A DNA stretch of 64,000 bases from the human T2T-CHM13v2.0 reference genome, Homo sapiens (GCA_009914755.4 CP086569.2:5504001-5568000); one strand, 5' to 3'; shown: positions 1 to 19,600, numbered from the stretch's first letter. Numbers and translations: made by a program. Notes: generated from the letters alone by a model not told the origin.

Positions 1-3000
1 AAAATTTCCGTGTGCTTATCATTTTGACCCATTAACTTTATTATTTCTCATGGTCCTTCTTGCCTTTTTGCCCCTCTTTGTGCATAGTTTCAGTCTTACT
101 TCCCCATATTAACTATCCCATTCTCTTTGGACTCCTAGTTTAAGTTCCTTAAAACATAATCTGATTGGACCAGTTTATCTATATTTAGCCAGAATTATTT
201 GTTTTGTCGTCTCATGGGCTACTGATTAGTATAGGAAATGGCTTTTCTTGGTCAAGTGACCATTTGTAGTCTAATCTCCTGTTTTGGCGTACTGGTTGTA
301 GAGAAGCATAAAATGAAACATCATGTGGGAAGAACATAATCAAGAAAATACCAGGGGTCACTTCCTCCAGCAGGAGTCTTGCTCGCAATCGTGCGTAGAA
401 TGAGCTTTGACCTAGTAGGCATTATGCTTGGCTGATTGAAAACATCTGTGAATTAAATAAATTAACACAGAAAACCTAAATCTACTTCTGAAGTGATTTT
501 GTCTTTTCCTCTTTATTTTCATCAATAGTGTCTTAGCTTACATATTATTTTCATCTCTTATTAGGACCTTTGCTAACTTGCCTAACTGTTTCTGATCTTT
601 TCTTCATGATAACCTATTGTCCAAATTAATTTTTGAGTTTTATTTTAAAAACACATAATAGATAACATAACTCTCCTATTCAATATATTTAATGTCAATG
701 AAAGTTAGCATGTTGAAGTGCGATGTGTATTCTATTCACTTGACGTGTAGTTGTTTAAAAATGTTCTTCAAGTAATAGATTACTGTTATCATCCTCCATT
801 ATATACAAGGATATTGATACTCAGAAAATTCAAATAATCTGAGCAGATGAATAAAGTTAGTAAGTGTTGCAACTGGAATGTAAACCAATATTTATTGATT
901 CTGATACCAATTCAATATTTATTATTTTAAACTCTAGCCTACACAACTTTCCATTGTCTGCAGAAAGAAGTTCAACATTCCTACAAATTCATACATAGTT
1001 CTTGACAATTTTCCCCAAGCCACATTTAGAGGCTCATTTTTTTCCTCTTTCTCTCATCATGTGGCTACCCTTCAATATAATCATACTAAACTTCTTGCAG
1101 TTTCATAAATACACCACTTTAAAAATATATCTCCTGTTTATTCCAAACATCCTAGGCTGGAAATGTTCAAATGACAAAATTCAAAGTTATTTGTAGTGTG
1201 ATATTTTTAGTACTACGGTAACTGGAAATATATATCTCCAGATATTCCTTGCAACTACGGTTATGTCGGCTATAGTAGACAGAATTCTAGCTGCTCTCTC
1301 TGGCCCCAAGATTTCATTCTTGGTTACTGAATCAAATATTAATCTAGGTATGGTTGCGAAGCCATTTTATAGGTGTAATTTAAGTCTTAAGTTAATGGAC
1401 ATTAATATATGGTGATTATCTGAGTGAACACGACCCAAGCAAGTGAGCCCCTCCTTTCTTTTAAAATATTTAATTGACAAAGATTGTATGCATTAGAAGT
1501 GTAAAACATGATGTTTTGATATATGCATATATTTTGCAATAATTGTTGCAATCAAATAAATTAATACATCTATCAACACAGATAGGATCCATTAGGTTCC
1601 CAGAACATGATAGTCTTATACCTGGAAGTTTATACACTTTGACCATCCTTCATTCCCTCCAAACCCCAGCTCTTAGCACCCACATTCTGCCCTCTGTTTC
1701 TGTAAGTTTGACTTTTTTAGATTCCACATGTATGTGAGATTATACAATATTTTTCTTTATGTGTCTAGCTTATTTTGGCTAGCATAAAGCAAAACATTTT
1801 GTTTAAATGTAGAAAAGAATATCGAAAGGCTTTGAAGCAGGAGAAAGATTTAATGGACTCACATTTCTGGCTTTGAAGAGGAGCAGGACCGTGTGCAAGG
1901 ACTAGAGAGTGGCTTCTAGGACTTAAGAGTGACCCCTGACTGACAGCCATTACGGAAATGTGGACCTATGTCTTACAACCTCATGAAGCTAAATTTTGCC
2001 AACAACCTGAATGAGCTAGAATTACATAGGTTTCCAAACCCTCCAAACCTGAACTCAGACTGACATTTTGATGCCAGCCTTGTAATATGCTGAGCAGAGA
2101 AATCAACTATGACATGACAGATTTCTGAACTACATAAATGCGGGCTAAAAAGTGAATGTTGTTTTAAACCGTAGTAACTTGTTATGTAGTAATAGAAAGC
2201 TATCATAGAGTCAAATTAAGTTTTACTAATAAGTTGCAGTTACATAAGATTTGAGGGCTGAAATAAGGCATAGACCTTCCAAAATAACTTTTGCCATTTT
2301 CTGGCTGGCAAACAATGTATGTGAAGATTCTGTTGTTCAATTTCCAGTTTTAGCAATGAAAGTGGCAGTTACAGCAATAATAATGGACTAACATTTTTTA
2401 ATCTGTTTATAAGCATCATGAGTGTTGAGAAAAATACAGGCTATCATGGTGGCTAGATTTCACATTTCATTTCCTAGACAGTCATGTTCCCAGACAGGAC
2501 AAGGTTTGTCTGCTTGTTCTTGTGGTCCAATAACAAGACGCAGACAGACTGGGAAAGAAGGGAGTTTATTTCTCCAACTGGCTACAGACAGAAGGTCGGA
2601 GTAACTCACCAGACCAACTAAAAGTTACAAGGTTTTTCTTCAGTGCTCATATAAATTCAGACCATATGCCTATGTGTGAGAGTGCACCTGCAAGCCAAAG
2701 TGTTTCACCCTGTTTAATCTTTAACTAGGGGCTGGGATCTGAAAAATTTCTTTAGAGCTTTGGAAGAATTACTTAATCTAAAGTGGATCCTGGTACAAGG
2801 TGTACAAAGTGTGTAAGAACTTTTCCATTATTTTAATCAAACTCTAAGTTCTGAGAAGCCCAGGTGGGGTGTTAAATGCCTTGTTTTACATTCTAGCCTT
2901 TGTTCTAAGGTGCTAGTTTCTCCAGTTCTTTAGTGTTTAACTTACACTTTTATCAGAGTAACTGAAGGGTGTTGGTGAAGGCTGACCTCTCTGGTTCCTC

Positions 3001-4144
3001 ATGGCGACCCGGCCTACCACAGTTGTAGTAATTATAGTAGTAGTCATAGCTTCCTAAACATTCTTTCTAATCCCTGGATCATGGCTTCAATAAGATTACA
3101 TTAAAGCTCATGTTTTAGGGCCAAGCTTTCTGATTCCTTACCTTTGTGATTATGATGAAGGTAGTAGTGATTCTGATATATTTTCTTAGGAGTAGTAGGT
3201 ATTGTTTCTGGAGGTACAGCCTTAATCTTTACTCTCTAATTCTTGCAGTAACCTCATAAATACTAAATTTATTATGTTCAATTTCTTTTTTTTAAGTGAC
3301 TTCTATTACCTAAACTGAGCCCTGATTGATACTACAGTGCTTGATACTAGAAGTAATTATAGGCAATAAAACTTCAAAATTGGTAATCTAGTATTGGTTA
3401 TCTGGCCTTGGCATGTATAAAGCTATGACAATCCTGTTACTATTGGAAAATGTATCACTGTTAGTTCATAGGACACAGTGGCAAATAGTTACGGTTTTAC
3501 TGATAACTGTAATGAATAGCAATTGTGATAGACTGTTATTTTTGGAATGAATAATCTAGGTTTGAGGGTTAGATGTTTGTTTCTGACCATAGTAGAGAGT
3601 TTAATGAAAGAAAATGCTGACTTCAGGCTTATAAATTTTTGGCTTAGGATTTCTACCTTGAACCTGCACTGGCTTATGGCAGAGATAATGAAACAGAAAT
3701 CTCAGTGACCATACACAACAAGGAATACAAACTTCGCAAAAATAGTTTGGAAAAATCACTGAACAAATGTATAATGGCATCTCTCAGCAAACAAAAATAT
3801 GTAATCCCTTAGGAATAAGAAAATATGATTTCCAGAATTGCCAAATTATGATATTCAAAATATACAGTTCCAAACAACAGCAACAATAATAAAATTACAA
3901 AGCATACCAAAAAAAAAAAAAAGAAAAATGAAACACATAGCCCACTCACAGGAAAAAAAATTGACAAAAACCATCTCTGAGGAAGCCCAAACATTTGAAT
4001 TTATAGTAAAATACGTTAAATAAAATGTCTGAAATATGCTCAAAGAGCAAAAGGAAAGCATAGAAAATGAATTTAAGGTATTTGGAAGAACGATGTCTGA
4101 ACAAACAGCAAACGTCAGAAAAGAGATAGAAAGAGCTTTCAGAT

Positions 4145-4600
4145 AGTGGAACCTATGAAGGTTCCTGGAGGGTGGTGTATTAGTCCATTCTCACACTGAT
4201 ATAAAGACGTACCTGAGGCTGGGTAATTTATTTAGAAAACAGGTTTAATTGGCTCATGTTTCTGTGGTCTGTACAGGCTTCTGTTCCTGGGGAGGCCTCA
4301 GAAAGCTTATAATCGTGGTGGAAGGTGAAGGGGAAGCAGGCATTGTTTTCACATGGTCAGAGCAGGAGACAGAGAGAGAGAAGGGGGAGGTGCTACACAC
4401 TTTTGAATAACCAGATCTCATGAGAACTCTATCATGAGACAGCACTAGGTGGATGGTGCTAAACCCATAGAAATCAACCCCATAATCCAATTACCTGCCA
4501 CCAGGCCCCAACTCCAACACTGGGGATTGCAATTCAACATGAGATTTGAGTGGGGACACAGAACCAAATTATCAGATGGCACACCTGGTGAGGGCATGAA
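4145..4600 (+). repeat. Interspersed repeat of the G-rich L1 3'UTR type, older primate L1P/L1MA-like; family assignment uncertain
   Basis: Starts with the motif tattagtccattctcacactg...gactgggtaatttat and ends ...ggattgcaattcaacatgagatttgagtggggacacagaaccaaat. I recognise this unit as an abundant primate repeat. The same unit recurs at 36180, 37050 and, in reverse complement, at 48897. The ORFs at 4254-4490 and 4449-4682 fall inside it and are spurious. Confidence 0.5.
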
Positions 4601-4659
4601 AGCTTTGTACTCCTTTCCATATGCTTTGCCATATGCATCTTTTTATAAGATGCTAGCCA

Positions 4660-5990
4660 CAGAGGTGAGCTGGCTTGGGTAGAATAAGGTTCCAACTGAG
4701 CCACATAGTTTCAGGTCATGACGACCACACTTGGCCACATTTGTCCTGTTGGTTGAACCCAGTGGGCCTCTCTGCCATGGCCAATCTTTTGGGATATCCT
4801 TTATAATAAGATGGAAAATATAAGTAAATGTTTCCCTGGGTTCTGTAAGCTGATCTAGCAAATTGATCAAACCAAAGGAGGGGGTTACGGGATCTCTGAT
4901 TTATAACCAGTTGGTAAGATGTACAGGTAAAACAACCTGGAGCTTGCAATTGGCATGTGAAGGGGGAATACAGTCGTGGGGATTGAGACCTCAGCTTGTG
5001 GGATCTGAGACTATATTCAAGTAGACATTGTCAGAATAGAACGGAATTAGAGGAAACCTAGCTGATGTGAACTGTAGAAGTGATTGCTAGCTTGTTGGTG
5101 GAGAGAAATCCCCACACATTTTGTCACAGAAGTCTTCTGTGTTGATTGTTGTTGATGAGAGAATAGAAACTGCACTTTGAGTTTGTGTGTGAGTTTTTTC
5201 TACTCTCAACTGAGTCAATGGGGTTTACTAGAATAGTCCTGGCTCACAGAAACAGATGGTTTGGGATGAGAAAGAATAAAAGGGTGGTGATAAGGAATCT
5301 TTGATTCCTTAGGGGACATGTGGTCACCATGGTTTGGAGCCATGGATGTGTTGCAATTAGTTACTAAAGGTAAAATTTACCAGTGGAATTCAGAGATGAA
5401 CCTAGCTCCCATGGACTTGGTTCTGTAAACCAAAAATAAAATAATAAGGTCCCCCCAACCATATGCATGAATCACTCTCTTTGGCCAAGGGAATTCCAAA
5501 GTTAACCTGAGAAACTTGTTCAGGCCATGATGGTAAGGTGAAGCCAGACATGACTCATTACACCCTCCTCCCTTTTGGAACTACTGATAGAACAGACTCT
5601 TTAAGTCTAATAAGAGATATTTACAATCTATTCTGTCTGAAGCCTGCTACCTAGAGGCTTCATCTGCATGACAAAACCTTTGTCTCTAAAACCCCTTATC
5701 ATAACCCAGACATTCCTTTCTATCAATAATTGCTCTTCCAACCAATTGCCAGTCAGAAAATCTTTGAGTCCGCCTATGACTTGAAAGCCCTCCACTTCCA
5801 ATTGTCCCCCCTTTCTGGACCAAACCAATGTACATCCTAAATGTATTGATTGATAACTTATTTCTCCATAAAATGTGTAAGACCAATTTATGGCCAGACC
5901 ACCCTTGGACACATGTTCTCAGGACCTCCTGAGGGCTGTGTCACAGGCCTTTGGTTACTCATGTTTGGCTCAGAATAAATCTCCTCAGAG
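4660..5990. repeat. Possible ERV-derived fragment (internal sequence plus an LTR-like U3/R with a polyadenylation signal); family not assigned
   Basis: LTR-like organisation at about 5700-5985, with ccaaccaattgccagtc...ctttgagtccgcc...gaataaatctcc around 5965-5985 and an aataaa signal. No coding capacity. Low-confidence call. Confidence 0.25.
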
Positions 5991-8900
5991 ATTTTACAGA
6001 TATTAAATTTTTTCACAACAGTTCACTAGATGCATTAAAAGATACAACCTATTAGTTAAAAAAAAAGCAAAACATTCAAGCCCTTGGTTGTTATCTGTGA
6101 AAGCTGAAATGAAACTAAAAGAGAGTACTGAGTAAGACCTTTATTCTATCACAAGCACAGATTTCAGTGAGTCTGAGCTTTAGCCACTAGCCTCTAAGCT
6201 GATGCCCAAGGTAAAAATTATGCAGGGACAACAGACAGTACTTCTAAGACCTGTGGTTACTAAGAAGGTAGTCAATGTGGGGGAAGGGAAAAACCAAGTA
6301 ATGATTGGAACCAGTGGGTATAGTGTGAAAAAAAATTGTTTCATTTTGTAAATCTGTATCATCAAATTTCTGAGAAGCCTTTACTAAAATGGATTGTGAG
6401 AGTGTAACTGGCCAGTGGGTTTTTCTTGTCTGTTGCCCAGAGTGAGCAAATTTATCAAGACAGGGAAATGCCAATAGAGAAAGAGTTTAACTCATGCAGA
6501 GCTGGCTGAACAGGAGAATGGAGTGTTATTATTACTCAAATCAGTCTCCCTGAAAGTTCAGAGACTGAGTTTATTTTAAGAATAACTTGGGGGGTAGCGG
6601 AGAGTAAGTGGGGAGTGCTGATTTGTTGGGTCAGAGATAAAGTCATAGGGAATCAAGGCTGTCTTCTTGTGCTGAGTCAGATTATGGATTGTGGCCACAA
6701 GACCAGATGAGCCAGCTTATTGATCTGGGTTGTGCCAGCTGATCTATTGAGGACAGGGTCTGCAAAATATCTCAAGCACTGATCTTGGGTTTTACAATAG
6801 TGATGTTATCTCCAGGAGCAATTTTGGGAGGTTCCTCATCTTGCAGCCAGAACCTGCATGACTTCTCAACCATAATTTCTAATTGTGTAGCTAATTTGCT
6901 AGCCCTGCAAAGCAGTCTAGTCCCCAGCCAGGAAGGGAGTTTGTTTTGGAAAATAAGCTGTTATCATCTTTGTTTGAAAGTTAAACTATAGACTCAGTTT
7001 TCCCAAAGTTAGTTCAGCCTATGCCCAGCCCAGGAATGGACAAGGACAGCTTAGAGACAAGAAGCAAGATGGAGTCAGTTAGGTCGATCTCTTTCACTGT
7101 CATAATTTTCTCAGTTATAATTTTTTCAAAGGCAGTTTCACTGGGGACCTAAAGCTTTCTTACACAAGAGGGGATAAACTGATCTGGGGGTGGAGAAGAG
7201 AAGTTCCTAGGACTAGAATATAAAAATGTAAAGGTTGATATAATTATAAAGGTTGGAATGCTTTAACAGGTTTTATGTAAAGAAGTTGTGTCTCCTTTAG
7301 CTAAACATTTTATGAAACTGGATATTATATCTGAGTGGGGAACACTTTTCCTACCTAGTATCATAAAACAAAAACCAGTTGATAAAGTCCTAATGGAGGT
7401 TACAGTTGGGAAAGTAAGAGTTGATAAAATGAAAAGTTTATAGGCGAGTTTGTACACGTGAACATGATTTATATGAAGTGGTAGTGTCTCCTTTACTTGA
7501 TTGTATAATGAGCATGGACATTGTATCTGAATGGGAAATCTCCTACCCAGTTGTGTAAAATAGAAGAAATATAAATATGCCAATTTAGCAATATTAATTG
7601 GACATCATGTTAAACAGAAATCAGCAAGATTTTCTGAGCCCACAGAATGTAGAATAGAAGCTGGAGTTCTGGTAGGAATAAACTCTCCCTTTAATAGCCC
7701 TCTGTTCAGTGAGAGAAAAGAAAAATAGCTCAGAGCAATCTGAACTGTGTGAGGTATGCAGAACCAAGAGAAAATGAGTACAGGATTTTAGTCATCTCCC
7801 TCTGCTCACACTTATGCCTGGAGAAAATTTTTAAAAGTCATTTTGTTTCTGAATAGCTGTCTCACCCATTATTTTTATGTTCCTGGAATTCGTGATAAAA
7901 AGAACAATGTATAGCTGATCAATAGCTTATGTAATTTTAATGTAAATTCCGGGGAAACAACTCAGAAACTGACTCTTCTTTTCTTTACAAATCCACCTGT
8001 AACTGCTGCCAATTGAAGTTGTCCTGCCATATTCAGGACAATATGAATCTATGCTCTCAGGTTGCAAATTCTCAATTTTGGACCCAATAAAATCTCTACT
8101 TTTGTTAATTTTGCCCCAGCTTCTTCCATTTAGGTCAACAAGTGTTAGCAGAGGTAGAGCTTATGGCAAAAGTGGGTGAGTGCCTCTCTGTGATGATTAC
8201 CTGGAAGTTTGGATTAAAATCTTTTTACTTGCAGGACATTTGGTGCTTTACTATGGGACATTAAGTGAAGCTACCCTTTATGATTGAAATGAAGCTACCC
8301 TTCATTTTATAAACCTCGAATACCAAACTATCTTGGGTGATGTCAGAGAAATACTCTAACATAGTAGCAGTGGCCAGAAGAGTTTCATAATAAAACTGAA
8401 ATTGTTTATACAGAATCTTGTTACCTGGGGAATCCAAAAAGAAGATACTCTTGAGAAGGAAACCTCTTTTTCCCTAGAAATGACTAAGAAACTGTGTCCA
8501 AAGCTGCTGGATTCTATCAAAAGTTTGAAAGTGCCCTATAAACAACCCTCTTCTGACTAACAAAGAGCTGCTTGGGATGTAAATGACAATTCTGAGGTGA
8601 ACAGATGACATCCTATTTGGAAGGATGCCAGTCTGATTAAAGAAGGTAATGCCCACTTGCTCACTGCTAGCGCAGCAGTCTGAGATCGACCTGCTAGGCA
8701 GCAGCCTGGCAGGGAAGGGGCGTCCGCCATGGCTGAGGCTTGAGTAGATAAACAAATGAGGCTTGAGTAGGTAAACAAAGCCTCCGGAGAAGCTCGAACT
8801 GGACGGACCCCACCTCTGGGGGCAGGGCATAGCTAAACACAAGGCAGCAGAAACATCTGCAGACTTAAACGTCCCCGTCTGATAGCTCTGAAAAGAGTTG

Positions 8901-9289
8901 GGGTTCTCCCAGCATGGTATTTGAGTACTGAGAATGGACAGACTGCCTCCTCAAGTGGGTCCCTCACGCCCAAGTAGCCTAACTGGGAGACACCTCCCAG
9001 TAGGGACCGACTGACAACTCATACAAGCGGGTGCCCCTCTGGGACAAAGCTTCTAGAGGAGGGATCATCCAGCAATATTTGCTGTTCTGCAGCCTCCACT
9101 GGTGATACCCAGGCAAACAGTGTCTGGAGTGGACCTCCAGCAAACTCCAACAGACCTGCAGCTGAGCGACCTGACTGTTACAAGGAAAACTAACAAACAG
9201 AAGGGAATAGCATAAACATCAACAAAAAGGACATCCACACCAAAACCCCATCTATAGGTCACCAGCATCATCATCAAAGACCAAAGGTA

Positions 9290-10330
9290 GATAAATCCAC
9301 AAAGACTGGGAGAAACCAGAGCAGAAAAGCTGAAAATTCTAAAAACCACAGGGCCTCTTCTCCTCCAAAGGATCGCAGCTCCTCACCAGCAACGGAACAA
9401 ACCTGGATGGAGAATGACTTCGACAAGCTGACAAAAGTAGGCTTCAGAAGGTCAGTAATAACAAACTTCTCCGAGCTAAAGGAGGATGTTTGAAACCATT
9501 GCAAGGAAGCTAAAAACCTTGAAAAAAGATTGGACGAATGGTTACCTAGAATAAACAGTATAGAGAAGACCTTAAATGACCTGATGGAGCTGAAAACCAT
9601 AGCATAAGAACTATGTGACAAAGGCACAAGCTTCAGTAGCCGATTCGATCAAGTGGAAGAAAGGGTATCAGTGATTGAAGATCAAATGAATGAAATAAAG
9701 CGAGAAGAGAAGTATAGAGAAAAAAAAGTAAAAAGAAATGAACAAAGCTTCCAAGAAATATGGGACTATGTGAAAAGACCAAATCTACGTTTGATTGGTG
9801 TACCTGAAGTAACGGGGAGAATGGAACCAAGTTAGAAAACACTCCTCAGAATATTATCCAGGAGAACTTCCCCAGTCTAGCAATGCAGGCCAACATTCAA
9901 ATTCAGGAAATACAGAGAACACCACAAAGATACTCCTCGTCAAGAGCAACCCCAAGACACATAATTGTTAGATTCACCAAGGTTGAAATGAAGGAAAAAA
10001 TGTTAAGGGCAGCCAGAGAGAAAGGTGGGGTCACCCACAAAGGGAAGCCCATCAGACCAACAGAGGATCTCTTGGCACAAACTCTACAAGCCAGAAGGTA
10101 GTGGGGGGCCAATATTCAACATTCTTAAATAAAAGAATTTTCAACCCAGAATTTCATATCCAACCAAACTAAGCTTCATAAATGAAGGAGAAATAAAATC
10201 CTTTACAGAGAAGCAAAGGCTGAGAGATTTTGTCACCACCGGGCCTGCCTTAGAAGAGCTCCTGAAAGAAGCAATAAACATGGAAAGTAACAACCAGTAC
10301 CAGCCACTGCAAAAACATACCAAATTGTAA
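9290..10330 (+). pseudogene. L1 ORF1 (RNA-binding protein) remnant, interrupted by stop codons and frameshifts
   Basis: Track ORFs 9653-9835 and 9883-10101 match L1 ORF1p (EDQMNEIKREEKYREKKVKRNEQSFQEIWDYVKRPNLRLIGVPE; RATPRHIIVRFTKVEMKEKMLRAAREKGGVTHKGKPIRPTEDLLAQTLQARR). Several in-frame stops break the reading frame. Confidence 0.85.
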
Positions 10331-10393
10331 AGACCATTGATGCTAGGAAGAAACTGCATCAATTAATGGGCAAAATAACCAGCTAACATCATA

Positions 10394-14163
<3,770 letters not shown>

Positions 14164-16689
14164 TCAATGAGAACACTTGGACACAGGGCGGGGGACATCA
14201 CACATGGGGGCCTGTCATGGGATGGGGGGCAGGGGGAGGGATAGTATTAGAAGAAATAGCTAATGTAAATGACTAGTTAATTGGTGCAACAAACCAACAC
14301 GGCACATGTATACCTATGTAACACATCTGTACTTTGTGCACATGTACCCTAGAACTTAAAATAAAATAATAAAAAAAAATTCTTATGCCCTAAATCAAGT
14401 CAAATATGATAGACTGATATAGAGATTATTTTTACAGGAAATGCACCAATAAAACGAACAAGTTTAACAACAACAATAAAAAAAGGTAACAGCAACAACA
14501 AAATAACCCTGGTGGGATGAACTGCATTCTGTAAAATAAATAAATTAATAAATAATAAAAGCCCCTGTGCTTGGGTTTTTATTGATTCATGGGCAGTGGC
14601 CAATGGCTGGGCCACATGATCAGGCAGAAGGGCAATGAAAATCTGGCTTATTAATGGGATGCCCATATGACCTTATGGAAATTTGAGGAGTTCATTAAAG
14701 TAGAACATGTCTATGCTTATCAGAATAGCCCCTTTTCAGGTTCAGAACGTAATTAGAATTGACAAGCTGATATCCATCCACCATGCGATCCCTTGAAGTG
14801 GCTGCCTGGGTCCATGAAATGAGTGGATATAGGCATATTTCAGCAATTAAGAGATGAACTTAATCTAGACATGTTTCTCTTACACCCTATTAGACACATA
14901 ACAACAATAAAAATTCTTATGTATGCCAGCAAGGAGACAGAGCCTGCCAATGGTTATGTGGCAGATTCCCTGGTGGGAAGGCCATAAAACTAGCTGGCAA
15001 GTGGGACTGAAGCTGGTAGACCTGAGGGAGCTACAAATGGGTCTTGACAGGAAGAAACAGGTTCTGGACTAGGCTTTGATTATCCTGTGGAAGATGCAAA
15101 TGTTCAGAGTGTTGTAAGAAAACCAGAACAGAAGATATTGCATAGATGTGAATGGGCAAGCATCATTACTTCAGGCTGAGAGACCCACCATACAGGCAAT
15201 AACGTTCAACAGTGGGCAAAGATATCTCCTTTCAGAGTAATAGTTTGATAGAAAAGTGAAACAGGCAATGAAAACATTGGCTGCCTAAAACAAGGGGAGA
15301 TAAAAGAATAACGGAATGGCTTATGAATGTGAGCACAGGGCTTCATAAATGTGTGACCACACTCAACGTAAGTGGGGTTAAGGGAAGGTTCCCATTGGTT
15401 AGATTCCTTCACATTTCTGTGGTTTTTGTGAAGAGGGGATGGGAAAGAATGCCAGTGTGACTATGTGACCCTTGCCAAGAGAGGAGTATATTAATACAAG
15501 GACTATACTTTTTCCCTACATAACCTCAAAAAAATATTTCTCCTGTTTGATGCAGTGGTTCTAGGACCAGGGCAGTAAAAACAAGTGCTGAAAGCAGAGA
15601 CGATTTTTAAGAAAGAAACTATAACTATGTATTAAAGCTTTATGTCAGAATTTCAAAAGGCCAGATGTGGGTGGATGTTGCCTTCACCACATCTGGCAAA
15701 ATTGGAGTTAACAGTGAATGTAGCTACATTTTCTGGAGGTAACAATAGCTATCTAAATGTGAATGGACTGAGGAGGAGGTACCTGCTAGACTAGTGCTTG
15801 CAACGTAGATCAACACGACTGCTTATTCTAATGTCTCATCCAAAGGTGGAAGTCTGAGTATTAATGGAGAGATGGAATAATAGCTGAGGGTAAAGGGATG
15901 AATAAATGGGTTTTGAATTGAGGGAAATCCTATATTACTTTAAAACCTCAAAAGAGGCTTAAAGAAAGATTATATTGTCTCTTAGCTCAAGTATGCCAGA
16001 TGCCTGAAAGGGTGAAGCTATGTTTGCTAAGACCACTGCTGCTTTTGTATCCTGCCAAGATTGAATGAATATCTGTAAACATTAATGGCCTTACCCTGGA
16101 AGAGATTCATGCAATATAATGGACTGAACTAATGATTATATGGGATTCTAGAATTTGGTAGTGTCCTCTGAGTTGTATGTCCTTTTGATGTAAGGGATTT
16201 GAATTTGAAGACCAGGGGCAGTCTGTGATATTGTAAAATACATATTTAGTCTTCAATCTTGTTTCCAGCAATACAACTTCTAAAATCTTTAGAAACTCCA
16301 AAGTGATGTCTTTGTATATGCTAATAAGTTGACTGATGACTGGCATCCCCAAGGTAGCTTCAGGATAGGAGCTGGTTACGGGAAACACTAAGGCAGGATT
16401 AGAGGGTTGAGAGATTTCCCCAAATTCCAGGGGCTAAAGACTACCATGATCACCAATAGCCAATGGTTTAATCAATCATGCCTATATAATAAAGCCTTCA
16501 TAAAAACTCAAAAGGACAGGGTCTGGGGAGCTTCTGAATAGTTGAACATATGTAATTTCCTGAATGATGGTATGCCAGGAGAGCCATAAAAACTCCACAC
16601 CCCTCCCACATGCCTAGCCTTATGAATATATTTATGTGCATCTTTTGCAATATTCTTTATAATAAAGTGGTAAACATAAAAAAGAGAAA

Positions 16690-19600
16690 TTAGAAAAACA
16701 AACAAAACAGGAACTCAGAAGATGAAAAGTACAATAATTGAATTAAAAATTCACTAAAAGGATTCAACAACTTTGAGCAGGCAGAAAAATGAATCAGCAA
16801 AATTGAAGATAATTTAAATGAACTAGTGTGAGGAATATAGAGAAAAAATAATGAAAGAAACGAACAGAAACTGAAGTAAATGTCAAACATCAAAAAGTGT
16901 ATTAACATATACATTATGGGAATGCCAGAAGGAGAAGAGAAATGGGAAAATAAAATATTTAAATAAATAACTAATGGATGAAAAGTTAAATATGATAAAA
17001 TATATGAATCTACACACCAAAGAAGCTAAATGAACTTCAAATAGGAAAAACTAAGAGACTCACATTGAAACACATTACAATCGAACTGTTGGAATCTAAG
17101 ACAAAGAGACCTCTTGAAAGTGGCAAGATAGAAATGATTCATTTCACATAAAGAAATCTCCAATTAGATTAACAAATGATTTTTTATTAGAATCCATAAA
17201 GGCAAGCAAGAGGTGAGATGACATATTTAAAGTTCTAAAGACATAAAACTGGCAACAAAAATTCTATACTTCACAAAACTATTCTTCAAAAATAAAGGAT
17301 AATTAAAATATAACTAGATAAGCAAAAGCTGACACAGATTATTAATTGTAGAACTTCCCTGCAAGAAATACTAAAGGGAATACTTTAGGCTAAAATAAAA
17401 GAACACTAGACAAAAACTTCAAGGTATATGAAGAAATAAAGAACACTGGTAAAAGTAACTATATAGGTAAATATGAAAGGTGGTATTATCATACTTTGGG
17501 TTTGTGACTCCTTTATTTCTTCTACAATTTAAAGTCTAAATTAATAAAATTTTAATTATAAATCTATGTTAAAGGAAACATAATATGTAAGAATACGATC
17601 TGTGACTATTAAAATACAAAAGAAGAATGAAGGAGATATATAGTAGCAGTTTTTATACTACTGAAATTAAGTTGGTATTATTCAAACTAAGTTGTCTTAA
17701 GTTTAATATGCTAATTGTATTCTCCATGGTAACCAATAAGAAACAAGTAAAATGTATAAAGAAAAGAAAGAAGAAAATCAAAATGGTGAACCATTAAAAT
17801 TTTAAAAAGTAAAAATAAAGCAGTAATGGAGGAGTAGAATGAATATAAGACATACAGAAAACAAATATCTAGATGGCAAAGGTAAGCCCCTTCAAATCAA
17901 AAATTACTTTAAATATTAACAGATTAAACTCTCTAATTGAAAGGCAGATATTGGCATAAATGATGGAGAAACGTGATTTATTTATATGCTGGCTATAAGT
18001 GACACACTTTAGTTACAAATGCACAAAGAGGTTGAAATTAAAAGAATGGAAAAAGATTTTTCATGAAAATAGAAATCAAAGTGAGCTGGGGTGGCTATAT
18101 TATTGCAAAGAAAACAGACTTAAAGTAAAAAAGAAGTTACAAACACAAAGAGGATATACACTGGTAAAAGGCAAAATGTGGCAAGAAGATATAGCAATTA
18201 TAAACATATATGAACCCAACAACAGACTTCAGTGCTCCGTGTTCAATAACGGATAGAACAACCAGACAGAACTTTAATAAGGAAGTAGAGGACTTGAATA
18301 ATACTATAAAACTATTAGACCTTAAAGATATATACTGAATATTCCACCCCAAACGACCATACATTCTTTTCAAATGCATGCAGAAAATCTGTAGAACAGA
18401 TCATATTTTAGGCCGCAAACAATTTTTAATAAATTTTAAAATATTGCCATCATATAAAATATTTTATGATTATAACGGAATACAATTAGAAATCAATACC
18501 TAAAGAAAATCTAAAAACTTCATAATTATGCAGAAATTAAACCAAAACCTCTCAAACAACTAAAACATTAAAGAATAAATCATAAGGGTAATTGGAAAAT
18601 GTTAAGAAATATGCAAAACAATCTATCAAAACTTATGAGATGCAGCCAAAGCACTGCTGAGAAATCTATAGCTGCAAATGCTTAAATAAAAAAAAAAATT
18701 AAAATCTCCATTCAACAACGTAACTGTATGCCTAAAAACTATAAAAAGAACAGCAAACTAAACCAAATATTAGCAGAGGAAAGAAATAATAAATATTAGC
18801 AGGGAGGTAAATGTAACAGATAATAGAAAAGCAACAGAGAAAATTAATGAAACTGAAAGTTTTTGAAAAGATATTGACTAAGAAAAAGAAGACAAATTAA
18901 TACAATAAAAAGTAAAAGGATAACATTATTATCAACTTCATAAAAATAAAAGGATTAAAAAACATTATGAGCATTTACATATCAGAAAATTGACTAACCT
19001 AGATGATATAAACTCACTTTTAGAAAGATAAACTACCAAAACTGACACAAGAATAAATAGGAAATATGAAGAGAACAGTAAAAAGTAAACATATTAAATT
19101 GTTAATCAAGAACCTCCAAACATATAAAATTCCAAGATAGATCAGATGGGTTCATTGGTAAATTCTACCAGACGTTTAAGAAACAATTGGCACTAATTCC
19201 TTTGAAACTTTTCAAAAAAGTGGAAGAGCAGGAAATAGTTTTAAACTCATTCTGTGAGACTAACATTACCGCACCCCAAAGCCATATAAAGACAATACAA
19301 CAAAACTACAGGCTAGTTTCTTTTTGACTATAAATTTAAAAATCCTAAGCATAATATTAGAAAACCTAATTCAACAGCATATTAGAAGGATTATACATAA
19401 TATCTAAGTGGTATTTATCTCAAAAATCCAAGAGTGATTAAATATATGAAATTCAATCACTGTAATACACTATACTAACAGACCAAAGAAATAAAGCCAC
19501 ATTATCTGAATTGATACAGAATATGCATTGAATAAAATACAATATCCTTTCAGGATAAAGACATTCAAAAACTAAGAATGGAAGAAAATGTTCCCAAGAT